From Octopus vulgaris (Eukaryota): 64,000 nt of DNA. The stretch covers positions 7,626,001 to 7,690,000 of the forward strand of contig OX597821.1 in assembly GCA_951406725.2 (NCBI GenBank), in the 5' to 3' direction. This document shows, piece by piece, positions 50,663-64,000 of this stretch (the stretch's first letter is position 1; each line of letters starts with the position of its first letter). The position numbers were made by a program, and so were the translations under genes. Below the pieces are notes generated by a model. That model did no database searches. It was not told the origin of the DNA and saw only the letters and a program-made list of their open reading frames with translations.

Positions 50663-51505
50663 CCCCACCTCTCTGTGATCAATAGATTAGGTAGCTAAAT
50701 AGATTTTAGATATGTTAAAATAGAAACCTCTCTATGACACCAAGTTTTAATTCATTTATCACTGCATTTACATTTACCATCTGTGCCACTGCTATTGTAT
50801 GCTTTGAACATATTGCTCTCCCCCCCTCCCTTTTATTATGAGTGACAAAGCGAGAGAGAGAGAAAGAGGAGGCGGGGAGCAGAGGAGAATTTGCATTAAT
50901 AATTGTGAAACTAATTTGAATGTAATTATTGTTTTAATTTCCACTAACAATAAAAATTAAACAGCTTGCTACAATAATTTTCTTTTCTTTCTTTTATTTA
51001 TTTATTTAATTTTTTTTTTTTTTTTTACGCAAATTTGCAACAGGTCCTGCCAATTCTATTCATTGCTCATTCAATCTGTTGTAGAGCAAGGTACATTTCT
51101 GCAGTGTCAGTTTACTGTTGTAGTTCTATGTGAAAAAAAAAAAAAAACCCCAGGCAGATTGAGAAATTATTCAGAAGATTGCATGAAACTATATATTAAT
51201 AAAATTTGTCTTGTTGTTGTTGTTGTCTCATGCTTGTGAATACGTACATACGATTCAGAGCTTAGCAGAGAGGGCAACACAAATTGTTACAGTTGAGTTA
51301 TCCAATGAGAAAAAACAAAAAAATAGGCAGGGAAAAAAAAGAATGAGGGATGTTTTGATCCTAATAATAGCATCTCGATTTTCTTAAAATGAACCCAAGC
51401 TTAGAGATATAAACCAACTAAAAACCATTTGCATGGATAGAGATAAGTTAAATACTGGATGTAAAATGTTGATTATCATTATATGTATGTGAGTGCATTT
51501 ATGTA

Positions 51506-52385
51506 CAAGGTCTGATCTATAAGTATCTAGACTGTTGCCATAACAACAAGCTAAAGCACACAGAGTGAAGCCACTTGGTACAAGTGACCTTGAACTCTGT
51601 TGTGCATGCACACTAAGTTTTAATGTTCTAGCTCACTTCCTCAGTTTACAGCAGTGCTTGGAAGGAAGGTGTGTAGCGTGTGATCATCGCGTTGACCATG
51701 ACAGAGAAAGTTGTCATGGCAATACCTGCTCAGAGGCTTACGTAAAGTTGCAGAAAGAGTATGGTGAGGAGTGTATGAGCCTCACACAAGGGTATGAATA
51801 GTTCAGACATTTCCAAGATGGCTGAAAAAACGTCAACATTGACGAACATTCTGCGAGACCTACAACCAGCAGATCTGAAAAAAGCATCACAGATGCGCAT
51901 GCAGCTGTGAGGGGAAATTGCCAAATCATGAATGAGTTATCAGAGGATGTACAGATTAGTTACAGTTCAGTTCAGTTTGTTATCACTGAAGATTTGGGTA
52001 TGAGACACATGTCTTCCAATTTTGTACCAAAACTGCTTTCAGCTGACCAAAAGGACACTTGGGTTTCAGTTGCACAAGATCTTGATTGTGTCAAGAACGG
52101 TGAAAACTTTTTGAGAACTTTGCATAGGCCTCTGAGCAGGTATCTCCAAGCTTTTGGCAAAATTTGATGGAGATTCTCTGCTCATCTTTCTCTCTCACGG
52201 TCAATGTGATGATCACACACTACACACGTTCCTGCCAAGCTCTGCTGTAAACAGTGGAAGTGAGCTGGGATGTCAAAACTTAGTGCGCATGTTCAGCAGA
52301 GTTCAAGGTTAATCTGTGCGAAGCAGCTTAACTCTTTAGCTTTGTTACTATAGCAACAGTCCGGATACTTATTGATCAGACCATG
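51506..52385 (+). mobile_element. Mariner-family deletion derivative (880 bp) with long inverted ends
   Basis: TIRs caaggtctgatctataagtatc / gatacttattgatcagaccatg flanked by TA. Transposase N-terminal remnant AYVKLQKEYGEECMS..FQDG..RPTTS..LGMRHMSSNFVPKLLSADQK (WVPxxL-like). Confidence 0.88.
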
Positions 52386-52766
52386 TATATATATATATAT
52401 ATATATATCACGTGATCATGTAACCAATCAGACTATTGGATGTTATACATCGCTGGTCACAATATGCTTTGTATTGTCTTTGCTTTCAAATGATGCCATC
52501 CCTTTAGCCAGGTGAGGAAGCCAACATTCCTCAATCAGAAAGCTAATCCATCGTAGAGTCAGTGATTTACAACTGATTGGACTGGAACAACACTAAATAA
52601 CATACTGCTTGATCTAGGAGTTGAACCCATGCTCTAGCAATTATGAGTGCAACACCCTAACCATTAGGCCATTCATCTTTACATGTATGTACGTATTTAT
52701 ATGTATATATACATGAGTGTATAAACTGGTAGTTGTTGCTCTTCTGTCTGGGAATTGTTCTCTTTT

Positions 52767-52958
52767 TTTTACTCTTTTACTTGTTTCAGTCATTTGACTG
52801 CAGCCATGCTGGAGCACCGCCTTTAGTCGAGCAAATCGACCCCAGGACTTATTCTTTGTAAGCCCAGTACTTATTCTATCGGTCTCTTTTGCTAAGTGGC
52901 GGGGACGTTAACACACCAGCATCGGTTGTCGAGCAATGCTAGGGGGACAAACACACAA

Positions 52959-52995
<37 letters not shown>

Positions 52996-53159
52996 CATAT
53001 ATACGACGGGCTTCTTTCAGTTTCCGTCTACCAAATCCACTCACAAGGCATTGGTCGGCCCGGGGCTATAGCAGAAGACACTTGCCCAAGATGCCACACA
53101 GTGGGACTGAACCCGGAACCATGTGATTGGTTAGCAAGCTACTTACCACACAGCCACTC
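52767..53159 (-). mobile_element. SINE family A
   Basis: Reverse-complement match. Confidence 0.9.
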
Positions 53160-53494
53160 GAATCCAAAATATGTATGTGTGTGTATTCATATGTGTGTGT
53201 GTGTGTAACAATGAACACATACAAAACAAAAGCAAGTATTTCTTTTTGTTGAACAAGTTTTGACAAATGTCGTATTGGTTTAACACTTCAGAAAAAATGC
53301 AAAGAGTTTTGACGTTTCAGACACTAGTCCTTCATCAAAAAGAAAAATAGAGGAGAAGAATATGAGAAAAACTGATTGAAGGAAGAAAAAAATAGGTTTT
53401 TTTTTACCATCCTTTCCAGTTTATCTGTTTCAGGATATTTTTCTTTTCTTTTTTTTATTAAGAATTTAACAGAAGGGCTACAATTTTTTCTTAG

Positions 53495-53812
<318 letters not shown>

Positions 53813-53849
53813 TGATATTTATTAAAAGAGTAGAGCGGTGGGGTTTCTG

Positions 53850-54200
53850 TAGTGATGGTGACAGTGGTAGTGGTGGTGGTGGTGGTGGTGGTAGTGATAG
53901 CAGTGGTGGTAGTACTGGTAGTGATAGCAGTGGTGGTGGTTCCTGTGGTTATAACAGTAGCAGTGCTTTTTGTTGTTGTTGTTGTTGTTGTTTTGATGGT
54001 GGTGATGGTGACATTGGTGGAAGTTCCTGTGGTGTCAGGTTAGTGATAGGGCTGGTGGTATGTTACAGTGCTCAGTGGTTGCAGTGGTGGTGGTGCTAGT
54101 AGTATTAGCAGTAGTGGAATCAGTGGAGATGATGGTAATAGCAGTGGTGGTGGTGGTGGTGGTGGTGGTGGTGGCAGCTGCAGAGGAGGAGGAGGAGGAT
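53850..54200. repeat. (GGT)n/(GTT)n-rich low-complexity tract
   Basis: Direct reading; lies just downstream of the exon donor. Confidence 0.85.
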
Positions 54201-54270
54201 AGGTGAACCTCAAGAATATTTACCGTTTCAAATTGTCTGTTCTGCAGTGATTATGTAAGAAGCAATAAAC

Positions 54271-54309
<39 letters not shown>

Positions 54310-55170
54310 CGTCTGTATGTATGTGGTTGTGAAGCTATGTGCGTTTGCCTGTGGTTTTGTGTGTATATAATGTATGTAGAGTGCCAGTAAAGTCTAATCT
54401 GTACATGTGTGCGTTGGTGTGTGACACTTATTACATATGTCAAGCTACACCTCACTGCACACACACACACACATATACACACACTTATACACACACACAC
54501 ACATGCCCACACATACATGCACACAAGCACATGTATATACACGAAAGTTAAATGATGATACATATATCTACATATAAAAGGCATGTATGTGCACACACAC
54601 ACACACACACACACGCGCGCATATATACACAGATGCTAAATAATGATGGTACATATATACACATAAGCGCATATAAATACATGTATGTGGCTATATGTAT
54701 ACACACACACATGCACACATATATTTATATATACATATACTGATACATACACACACAAACACATGTACCTACGTAACACATGCACGCTGTCTCAGAATAT
54801 GTTGATAATGTGATTAAATGAAAGTCAGAAGTTATCAGGGAAGCAGAGAAAATAATAAATTTCTCATTTATTGCATTGCTGTAAAAATACACGAAACATC
54901 AAAACATACAGTTTTTGTAGAAATCAATAACAGTCCAAACATGGCTCTTCCCCTCTTAGCAGCTACTTCTGGGGTGAAGGACACAGAGTTTGTAGCGCCT
55001 TGTTGCTCTATCACCAAATATAGTTTATTGCCAAGAAACAGTGGGTCATAAAATGGAGAATTTGATCATGCAGTTAAGCACACAGAAATACACACACACA
55101 CACTAACATGCATTTCTCTGTGTGTTTATGTATGTATGTGGGGTAGTTATGTATGTATATATGATCTTTA

Positions 55171-55442
55171 ATATATAGCATTATATGTCCATCATGGCTG
55201 ATCTTACCAACTGGTTTTGCACAAGGAATACACTGGAGTGTTAGGTAACAATCTGATTATATAACCTTACACTCATCAGAGTTAGCTGATATGGAAAGGA
55301 ATGTCACCATATTCCCATCCATATCAGCTAACTCTGATGAGCATAAGGTTATATATTCGGATTGTTACCTAACACTCCAGTGTATTCCTTGTGCAAAACC
55401 AATTGGTAAGATCAGCCCTGATGGATGTATAATGTTATATAT
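55171..55442. repeat. Long near-perfect hairpin (125-bp arms) made of two inverted HHR-like units
   Basis: 55171-55295 is the reverse complement of 55318-55442, with long perfect runs such as gcacaaggaatacactggagtgttaggtaacaatc. Confidence 0.92.
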
Positions 55443-55615
55443 TTCAGATAATATACCCACTCTATTGACATATATACGAGTGCATCTTTTCCCTGACTTA
55501 TGGTCTCTTAGACAAAGCATGCATGTACATATATATATAACATCATCATCGTCATTTAGTGTACATGTTCCATGCTGGCATGGGTTGGCCAGTTTAACAG
55601 GAACCAATGTGTCTT

Positions 55616-56417
55616 TTGAACTCTGCTGTGCCTGTGCACTAAGTTTTGACATCCCAGCTCACTTCCATTGTTTACAGAAGTGTTTGGCAGGAACATGTGT
55701 AGTGTGTGATTATTGCATTGACCATGAGAGAGAATAATTAGCAGAGAATCTCCATCAAATTTTGCCAAAAGCTTGGAGATACCTGCTCAGAGGCCTACGC
55801 AAAGTTCTCAAAAAGTTTTCATCATTCTTGACACAATCAAGATCTTGTGCAACTGAAACCCAAGTGTCTTTTTGGTCAACTGAAAGCAGTTTTGGCACAA
55901 AATTGCAGACATGCGTCTCATACCCAAATCTTCAGTGATGATGGACTGAACTGAACCGTAACTAATCTGCACATCCTCGGATAACTCACGGATGGTGAAT
56001 CGACGATTTCTCCTCACAGCTCCATGCACATCTGTGATATTTTTCTCAGTTCTACTGGTTGTAGATTTCCCAGAACATTCATCAATATCAACATTTTTCG
56101 GCCATCTTGGAAATGTCTGAACCACTCATACAATTGTGTGCAGCTCATACCCTCCCCACCATACACTCTCTGCAACTTTGTGTAGGCCTCTGAGCAGGTA
56201 TTGCCATGACAACTTTCCCTGTCATAGTCAATGCAACCATTACACACTACACACCTTCCTTCCAAGCACTGCTGTTAACAGCGGGAGTGGGCTAGAACAT
56301 TAAAACTTAGTGTGCATGCACGGCAGAGTTCAAGGTCACTTGTACCAAGTGGCTTCACTCTGTGTGCTTTAGCTTGTTGCTATGGCAACATTCTGGATAT
56401 TTACTGATCAGACCTCA
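55616..56417 (-). mobile_element. Second copy of the mariner derivative, inverted and truncated at one end
   Basis: Reverse complement of 51506-52310; ends ...ctgatcagacctca|ta. Confidence 0.88.
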
Positions 56418-56768
56418 TACATACATATATACATGCACTCCCATATACATGTATAATAGGTTTTAGTTAGAAACATAGTAACAGTGACTTTGAATACAAT
56501 TTCACAGTAGCAGTTAATATAGGGTAAGCAATTACTGATAAAAGTATGATGATAGTTGAAATGGTCAGTTAGGCAATCCTCCTTTTCTTGTCCCACTTGT
56601 AATTGTGTATACATGACAGACATTCGTAACAGTCTTATGTGTATCTACCTGTGTATCTACCTGTGCTGCCTATCTATTTATCCATTGTTCATTTTATCAT
56701 AGAATTAAAAGTTTTAGGATTTTGATCAATGAGACTTCACAGGTTGACTGTTATATTTTTATTGACAA

Positions 56769-57167
56769 CTAGCAGTATCGCCCGGCGTTGCTCGGGTTTG
56801 TAAGGGAAATAACTATATAAGCATTTTTAGAGAGTTATAGCCAAAAAATAGCAAAACAATGCATTAAAATGGGGAAAAAATGATGGTAAATTTTTTTTTA
56901 AATCGTTGACTCATCGTAGACATTTTTAGAGAGTTACTTCCCTTATATAATAGCGAAAAAAATGCATTAAAATGGAAAAAATGATGGTAAATTTTTTTTT
57001 TTAAATTGTAGACTCATTGTAGACACGTGCTAATACCCAGAAGGGCTCGATATGAATCACGACTATAAGATACCCGGTTTTGGTTAAACTGCACCGCAAA
57101 ATGTGGGAGTAGTTAGGAATCTAAATCGTAGGAGACAGACACACAACTTATCTTTTATATATAAAGA
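56769..57167 (-). mobile_element. Non-autonomous Helitron, second copy
   Basis: Minus-strand TC...cccgagcaacgccggg...CTAG in an AT target; homologous to 34629-35026. Confidence 0.87.
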
Positions 57168-57180
57168 TGTTTTACTTGCA

Positions 57181-57402
57181 CGATAGGGGTGCTGGAAAGT
57201 TCCTGGCTTTAAGGGTATTGGGTATTGTGAAAGGCCTGGTTGGAGACCCAACCTTCCAGGGCCTTTTACAGAGTTTAGAAAAACAAAAAGACTGTTGCAA
57301 TAAATGTGTGAATCTGAAAGGAGAATGTGTTTAGTAAAATAATTAACGGTTCCACCTGTATTTTCTTTTATCCCAAACCTGGAATTTTTCAACAACCGTT
57401 CA
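57181..57402 (+). mobile_element. Mariner-derived MITE, third copy
   Basis: ggtgctggaaagttcctggctttaagggt... matches 20207. Confidence 0.75.
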
Positions 57403-57570
57403 TATTTGCAATTCAAAATGGTCACCCGTAGCTTTCACCACAGCCTGTAATCTTTTCTCAACTGATTATGGGTAAATTATTATACTTAAATAATGGGCAA
57501 ATATATATGCTGCATCCCATAATGAGTTTAATTAATTTATCAATGCAGTGACAGCTAAAATCTATGGATG

Positions 57571-57774
57571 TACTCTTATACTTGTTTACTTGTTTCAGTC
57601 ATGCTGGAGCACCACCTTTTAGTCGAGCAAATCGACCCCAGGACTTATTCTTTGTAAGCCTAGTACTTATTCTATCGGTCTCTTTTGCTGAACCGCTAAG
57701 TTACAGGGATGTAAACACACCAGCATCAGTTGTCAAGCGATGTTGGGGTGACAAACACATACACACACACACAC

Positions 57775-57805
<31 letters not shown>

Positions 57806-57960
57806 TATACGACGGGCTTCTTTCAGTTTCCGTCTACCAAATCCACTCACAAGGCTTTGGTCAGCCCGAGGCTATAGTAGAAGACACTTGCCCAAGTTGC
57901 CATGCAGTGGGACTGAACCAAGAACCATGTGGTTCGTAAGCAAGCTCTTGCCACACAGCC
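57571..57960 (-). mobile_element. SINE family A
   Basis: Reverse-complement match. Confidence 0.88.
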
Positions 57961-59471
57961 AGTCCAAGAATCATGGATGCAGCTGCCCCTGTATCTTTAT
58001 CTTCAGCATCCACATAACCATTAGCAACAGACTTTCGTTTGCACTATCTCAAAGATTCTCTCCTTATATTCTTCAATATTCTTTCTTCTTTGTACATCCC
58101 CTGCTCCTAGTTCCATTGTGCTGATGACCATTTTCATAGAAAAGTTTTTGGTAAGATTTGGAGTTGTTAGAGTCTAAATCTTTATCTCGTGTCACCATTT
58201 TTGCCATTGTCACCAAAGTGAGCTGGTTAGCAACACATGCAATATGGCATCCATATATTTATATATTTGTTGCTAATGTTGTCACAGGCTTTCACTGACA
58301 TTATTTTCTTTAAATAAAATAGCCCAATGTGAAATATTACCATGCAACTTTCCTTAGCATCTGAGTCAGTTTTGTTAAGACTTTTCTTTTCTTTTTCTTA
58401 TGAAGTTATTTACTTGGAATTCAACCATATGGAAATCATAAAACTCCTTGAGTCTTCAATCTTGTTCTAATTAAACAATCATTGGCTAAGCTCTAGTAAC
58501 TTTTGGCAGGCCTGGAGTAAAAATAAAACAATGACAACAACACTGTTGTCGCAGAATGCTACCTTGTCTGTTAGTGCTTAGCATAGATTGTTGCCATTAT
58601 GTGGTAGTAGCGAGTTTAAAGAATTTGGTGAGGATTATTTTTTCTCCTCTAAAAGACAAAGTCACATTTAAATATATAGATGTATTACTTTTCTTTTTTT
58701 ACTTAATTATTTCAAATAGCCAACATGTTTAGCATCAACCTGTCTGTCTGAGACCACCCATACTAAAAGCCTTCCTATTTTGAAGGCAGGAAAGTGCAGA
58801 GTCATTTGAGCATCAAGTGGAATGCCTTGTATCTCTTCCAACACTTTGTGCTCTGAGTTCAAACCCTGCTAACTTTGAATTTTATCCCTTCAGGAGTCTG
58901 TAAAAAAGGGTACCATTCCTGAGTGGTGGGTTGACATAACTGTAAGAACATTGGACTTGATACCTTGAGGTATTTGCTATGGATCTGAGTTCAAATTCCA
59001 CCTTGGTCTACTTGGGTGGTGATATATACTAATATACACCAGAATAAATGAAGTTACAAATACTTTACTAAATCCCTACCAAAATCTTGATTTCATTGAA
59101 AATTAATTGAAGTCTGGTACTTATTCTATTGGTCTCTTTTGCTGAACTGCTAAAAGTTAGGGGGATGTAAACAAACCAGCACCAATTATCAAAGTGCAGT
59201 AGTGGGTGGGGGGACAGAAAGACACACAGATAAATAGATAGATATACTGAGAAATAGATATCTACATGACAGGCTTCCTCACAGTTTCTGTCTACCAAAT
59301 TCACTCACAAAGCATTGACCAGCCTAAGGTTGTATTAGAAGAGACTTGCCTAAGGTGCCATGCAGTGGGATTGAGTACATCACAAGTAGAAGTTTGTCAG
59401 CACATTATAAATATATTCACAAAAGGGTTAATTAACGCTTCCTCACCACACCCTTACATATATGTGTGTAT

Positions 59472-59521
<50 letters not shown>

Positions 59522-60282
59522 GTAAATGTAATATGTGGCGAGGTTTTCCACCTCGGCATCCGAAACTCGGAGTTTTATTTTGGCTACCAAATAATTGTCA
59601 TGTATTACATTTACAGATAAATTCCTCTATTTACTTAACATCGAGGTCTCTTTCTTTCTTTTGTCGTCTTACCGTTTTTATTAATATATATATATATATA
59701 TATTTGAGTAGTTGAATGAATTATCTTATTAAGGATAATTCGAATTAACTGATACCTGGGTAGCAAATTCACATCAGAAAAATCATGGTTGAAGTTACAT
59801 GTCTAGGGCATAGATTACGTGCTTTCGTGTGGAAATTTGTATGTTTATTTTAAAAATATAAATATATGAAAGAATGGAGCTGAACGACAAAATAACTAAA
59901 TTCCTTTATTTTCGACATATGTTTCGAAGGCTGATATATATATTATAGGTAATGATCCCCTTCAATCATGAACGACCATGAGATTGCACATAGAAAGTTC
60001 CTCTCCGAGGCACAAGTCTGGGACAGGTTGCTTTATGAAAGACCAGCAGTTGCTCATGCATATCAGCCTCCTCTCTCCATGCCACTGATATTATCCAAGG
60101 GAAAGGCAAAGGGGCCGATACAGTTTGGCACCAGTGATGTTGCAACTTATTTCTACAGCTGAGTGAACTGGAACAGCATGAAATAAAGTCTTTTGCTCAA
60201 GAACACAACACACAGCCTGGTCTGGGAATTGAATTCACTACCTCATGATTGTGAGCCCGATGCTCTAACCACTGAGCCATGC

Positions 60283-60286
<4 letters not shown>

Positions 60287-60375
<89 letters not shown>
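60287..60375. repeat. (CT)n microsatellite
   Basis: Direct reading. Confidence 0.95.
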
Positions 60376-60379
<4 letters not shown>

Positions 60380-60695
60380 GCCAGTAGGTGAGTTATTTTT
60401 GTTGCGGTCCTAAGATAGGCGCCTGGAAGTGTGTGCGTCAAACTGATAAACTGATACAGGCTGCAGAAAATATTGCTGAACTCACTTGAAATATTCTGTT
60501 CCCCCTGGTGTCTCTTTTTTTGTTTTCTTTTGTTTTTAATTGTTTGTCTTCTGTAATGGATCTCACTTGCACCACCGCCACCACCACTTGCAGCAGCAGA
60601 GTGGTTTCAGATTTAAAGAGGTGACACTTGTGACATAGTAAGGAAAATGTGATAGCATGGTAGGAGCCCGTTTGCTAACACAACTACTTATACAA

Positions 60696-60776
<81 letters not shown>

Positions 60777-60824
60777 TGTATGTATGTACACGAGAGAGAG
60801 AGAGAGAGCTAGATAGATGGTGAG

Positions 60825-60855
<31 letters not shown>

Positions 60856-62652
60856 TATGTATATGTGCATGTAACTTAGTGGTTACAGTATTCAGCTCAT
60901 GATTATGAAGTCAGGATTTCAATTCCCAGCGACACACTGTGTCCTTGAGCAAGACACTTTATTTCACGTTGCTCCACTCCACTCAGCTGGCAAAAATCAG
61001 CAGTACCTGTAATTGAAAGGGCCAGCCCTGTCACATTCTGTGTCACGTTGAATCTCCCCGAGAACTACGTTAAGGGTACACGTGTCTGTGGAGTGCTCAG
61101 CCACTTGCATGTTAATTTCCCAATGCAGGCTGTTCCGTTGATCAGATCAAATGGACCCCTTGTTGTCGTAACCAGGAGAGTATCAGTTAATGTATACAGG
61201 AGTGGCTGTGTGGTAGGAAGATTGCTTCCCAACCACATGGTTCTGAGTTCAATCCCTATGCGTGTCACATTGGGCAAGTGTCTTCTACTATAGTCTCAGG
61301 CTGACCAAAACCTTGTGAGGAGATTTGGTAGGCGAAAACTGAAAGAAGCCCATTGTACATGAGTGTATGTGTTTGTGCCTCCTTGTTTTGATATCGCATG
61401 ATAGCTGTAAACGAGTGTCACAGCCATACAAGCAGTGTCATTCGTTTCCAATATTCTGTGGGAACATGTCTGGCCATGAGGAAATATTACCTTGTCTGGA
61501 AACGGGCAGAATGGCAACAATAAGGCCATCTGGCCATAGAAAATTTACCTCAATAAACTTCATCTGACCCATGCAAGCATGGAAAAATGGATATGAGAAT
61601 GGTTAACGAATGAATTGTACATACATATACAGTGTAGAACCACCATGTGGTAGCTAGGCCCGCCAGGAATAGCAGCCAAATATCCTTCAAATTACATATA
61701 CTGTCTTAAAGAAATGGGATGTATTCAATAAAATAGTCTTAGATATACTATTTCTAAAAAATATGCATGGTATGTTCATGGCTTATTCTATCAATCGCTC
61801 TGCCAAACTGCTAAGTTACACTGATTGTCAAGTAGTTTGGGGGTGGGGTGTAAACAAAGGTATGTACACACACACACTCATATACATATGTGAAAGGGCA
61901 TGGCCTAGTAGTTAGGATATTGCACTCATAATCACAAGATCATGGTTTCAACTCCCAGACCGGGCAATGCATTGTGGTTCTTGAGCAAAACACTTCTTTT
62001 CACATTGCTCCAGTCCACTCAGCTGTGAAAAGGTAACCCTGGGACGATGTTGGCCTACTCACCTTGTCAGCAGAGAGGCATCGTTCAAAAGCTACAACAA
62101 TGCAAAGAAGTGCATTGTGACCAGTGATGTATAACAACATCTGATAGTCAGCACGTTACAGTGGTATCATCATCATCATCATTGTTTAATGTCTGCTTTC
62201 CATGCTGGCATGGGTTGGACGGTTCGACCGGGGATCTGGGAAGCCAGAAGGCTGCACCAGGCTCCACTCTGATCTGGCAGGGTTTCTACAGCTGGATGCC
62301 CTTCCTTATGCCAACCACTCCGAGAGTGTAGCGGGTGTTTTTTACGTGCCACCAGCACGAGGGCCAGTCAGCCAGTACTGGCCTCAACCATGCTTGAATG
62401 GTACTTTTATACATGCCACTGCCATGGGAGCCAGTCAAGCAGCACTGGCAACAACCATGCTTGAATGGTGCTTTTTTTCATGCTACCAGCACAGGAGCCA
62501 GTCAGATGGCACTGGCAACTACCCATAATGTTCTTTGTATCAGCCACTCGTCTCGGTTACTGGTGAGAGAGTAACTTTGTTATTTGAATACTTTGATTCC
62601 ATCAGATCCTGAAAATGGACTAAACAGAACAGGAAGAGACACGTGGGATGGA

Positions 62653-62700
62653 GAATCACTGAAGAGGTCACAGGACGTGTGACGAAAGATTTCCAGATAA
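62653..62700 (+). ncRNA. Hammerhead-like motif of the same family as 9686, sense strand, ~530 bp upstream of the GRK exon
   Basis: CUGAAGA-G-GUCACA GGACG UGUGAC-GAAA-GAUUUC-CAGAUA; the flank to ~62797 matches 9720-9848. Confidence 0.5.
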
Positions 62701-62800
62701 TGGATAAAATATGGACAATAATAAACATGTGAAGAACAAATGTACAATGCATATGTTTATTTGGCAAAAAAATGACCGTCCCAAAGTATAACAATATGTC

Positions 62801-62863
<63 letters not shown>

Positions 62864-63169
62864 ATATGTATATATGTGTGTAAGTGTATGTATGTATATA
62901 TATATATATATGACAGACTTCCACATACTTTCTTTCTATCAAATTTATCCACAAGGCTTTGGTCAGTAGCCCAAATCTATAGTAGAAGACAAAACACTTC
63001 ACGAAGTTGCTGTGCTGTGGGATTGAACCAGAAATCACATGGTTGCAAAGCAAGCATTTTAACCACACAGCCAGGACTTTTTTTTTAATGTTAACATAAA
63101 GAAGGGCCATTTGTAAAATAGAATTCAGCAAAAGGGTTTGCTGAGCTAAATTATGGGAGAGTGTACTGA

Positions 63170-63427
<258 letters not shown>

Positions 63428-63863
63428 TAAACAAACAACAATATGTTTTCTTAGAGGTTTATTTCTTTTTAATTCATTTATTTTTTATTTTTCATTAATT
63501 AATTCTTCATTAATCATGAGGATTTTTGATTGTTTTTTTTTTTTGTCCTTTTCACCCGTCACTATTCAGCTTATCTTGTCAAATGTAATGCTTATTTATT
63601 CCATAGTTTGAGTCAATCATGCATTATCTCGTAGCTTTGAGAATCTAACAATGTGACTGTTTATTTTTGGAATGACACTGCAGGGTATGTGTGAGAGGCA
63701 GGATCCGGTCAGTTTGAACAAAAAATCACATAGAATATTTGAGTTTGTTATGGCAAGTTAAAATGCTAAATTGTTAAGTTCCATATTGTTTCTGTTTCCT
63801 GAATAACATTTATAAAGAATTGGTTACCACTAGGCTGCAGAGGAAGGCGTCAATACTTTAGAG

Positions 63864-64000
63864 CAGTGCTTTTCAAACTTTTTGCTGGAGCGGAACCCCA
63901 AGAAAATATTTCACTGGCTTGAGGAACCCCTGTGCAATAATTTAATTGTTCTATGCACACATATCTGCACAGGAGAATTAAAAATTACTGTCGATTTTAG
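63864..64000. mobile_element. Start of a possible hAT/Charlie-like MITE
   Basis: The terminus cagtgcttttcaaactttt...gcggaacccc resembles hAT MITE ends; the other end is not in the window. Confidence 0.4.

Overview
AT-rich, repeat-dense eukaryotic DNA. The SINE families and very abundant (TA)/(TG)/(CT) microsatellites point to a coleoid cephalopod, most likely Octopus (inferred, not proven). The window lies inside one + strand gene, a GRK4/5/6-subfamily G protein-coupled receptor kinase (GRK5/Gprk2-like). Three coding exons with canonical, phase-compatible splice sites are visible (40182-40274, 53584-53788, 63236-63426); no earlier exon was recognised in the first 40 kb. The introns hold many tRNA-derived SINEs, a Tc1 element, mariner-derived MITEs, two non-autonomous Helitrons, RTE/CR1/RLE-type LINE fragments and a degenerate Naiad-type Penelope-like element. 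The most unusual signal is a set of minimal type I hammerhead-ribozyme (HHR) motifs from at least six sequence-unrelated repeat families, several arranged as inverted pairs that form long foldbacks in the pre-mRNA. Two inverted mariner MITEs also bracket the kinase P-loop exon. Almost all entries in the ORF track are artefacts of microsatellites and SINEs. All folds were made by eye and none has been tested.
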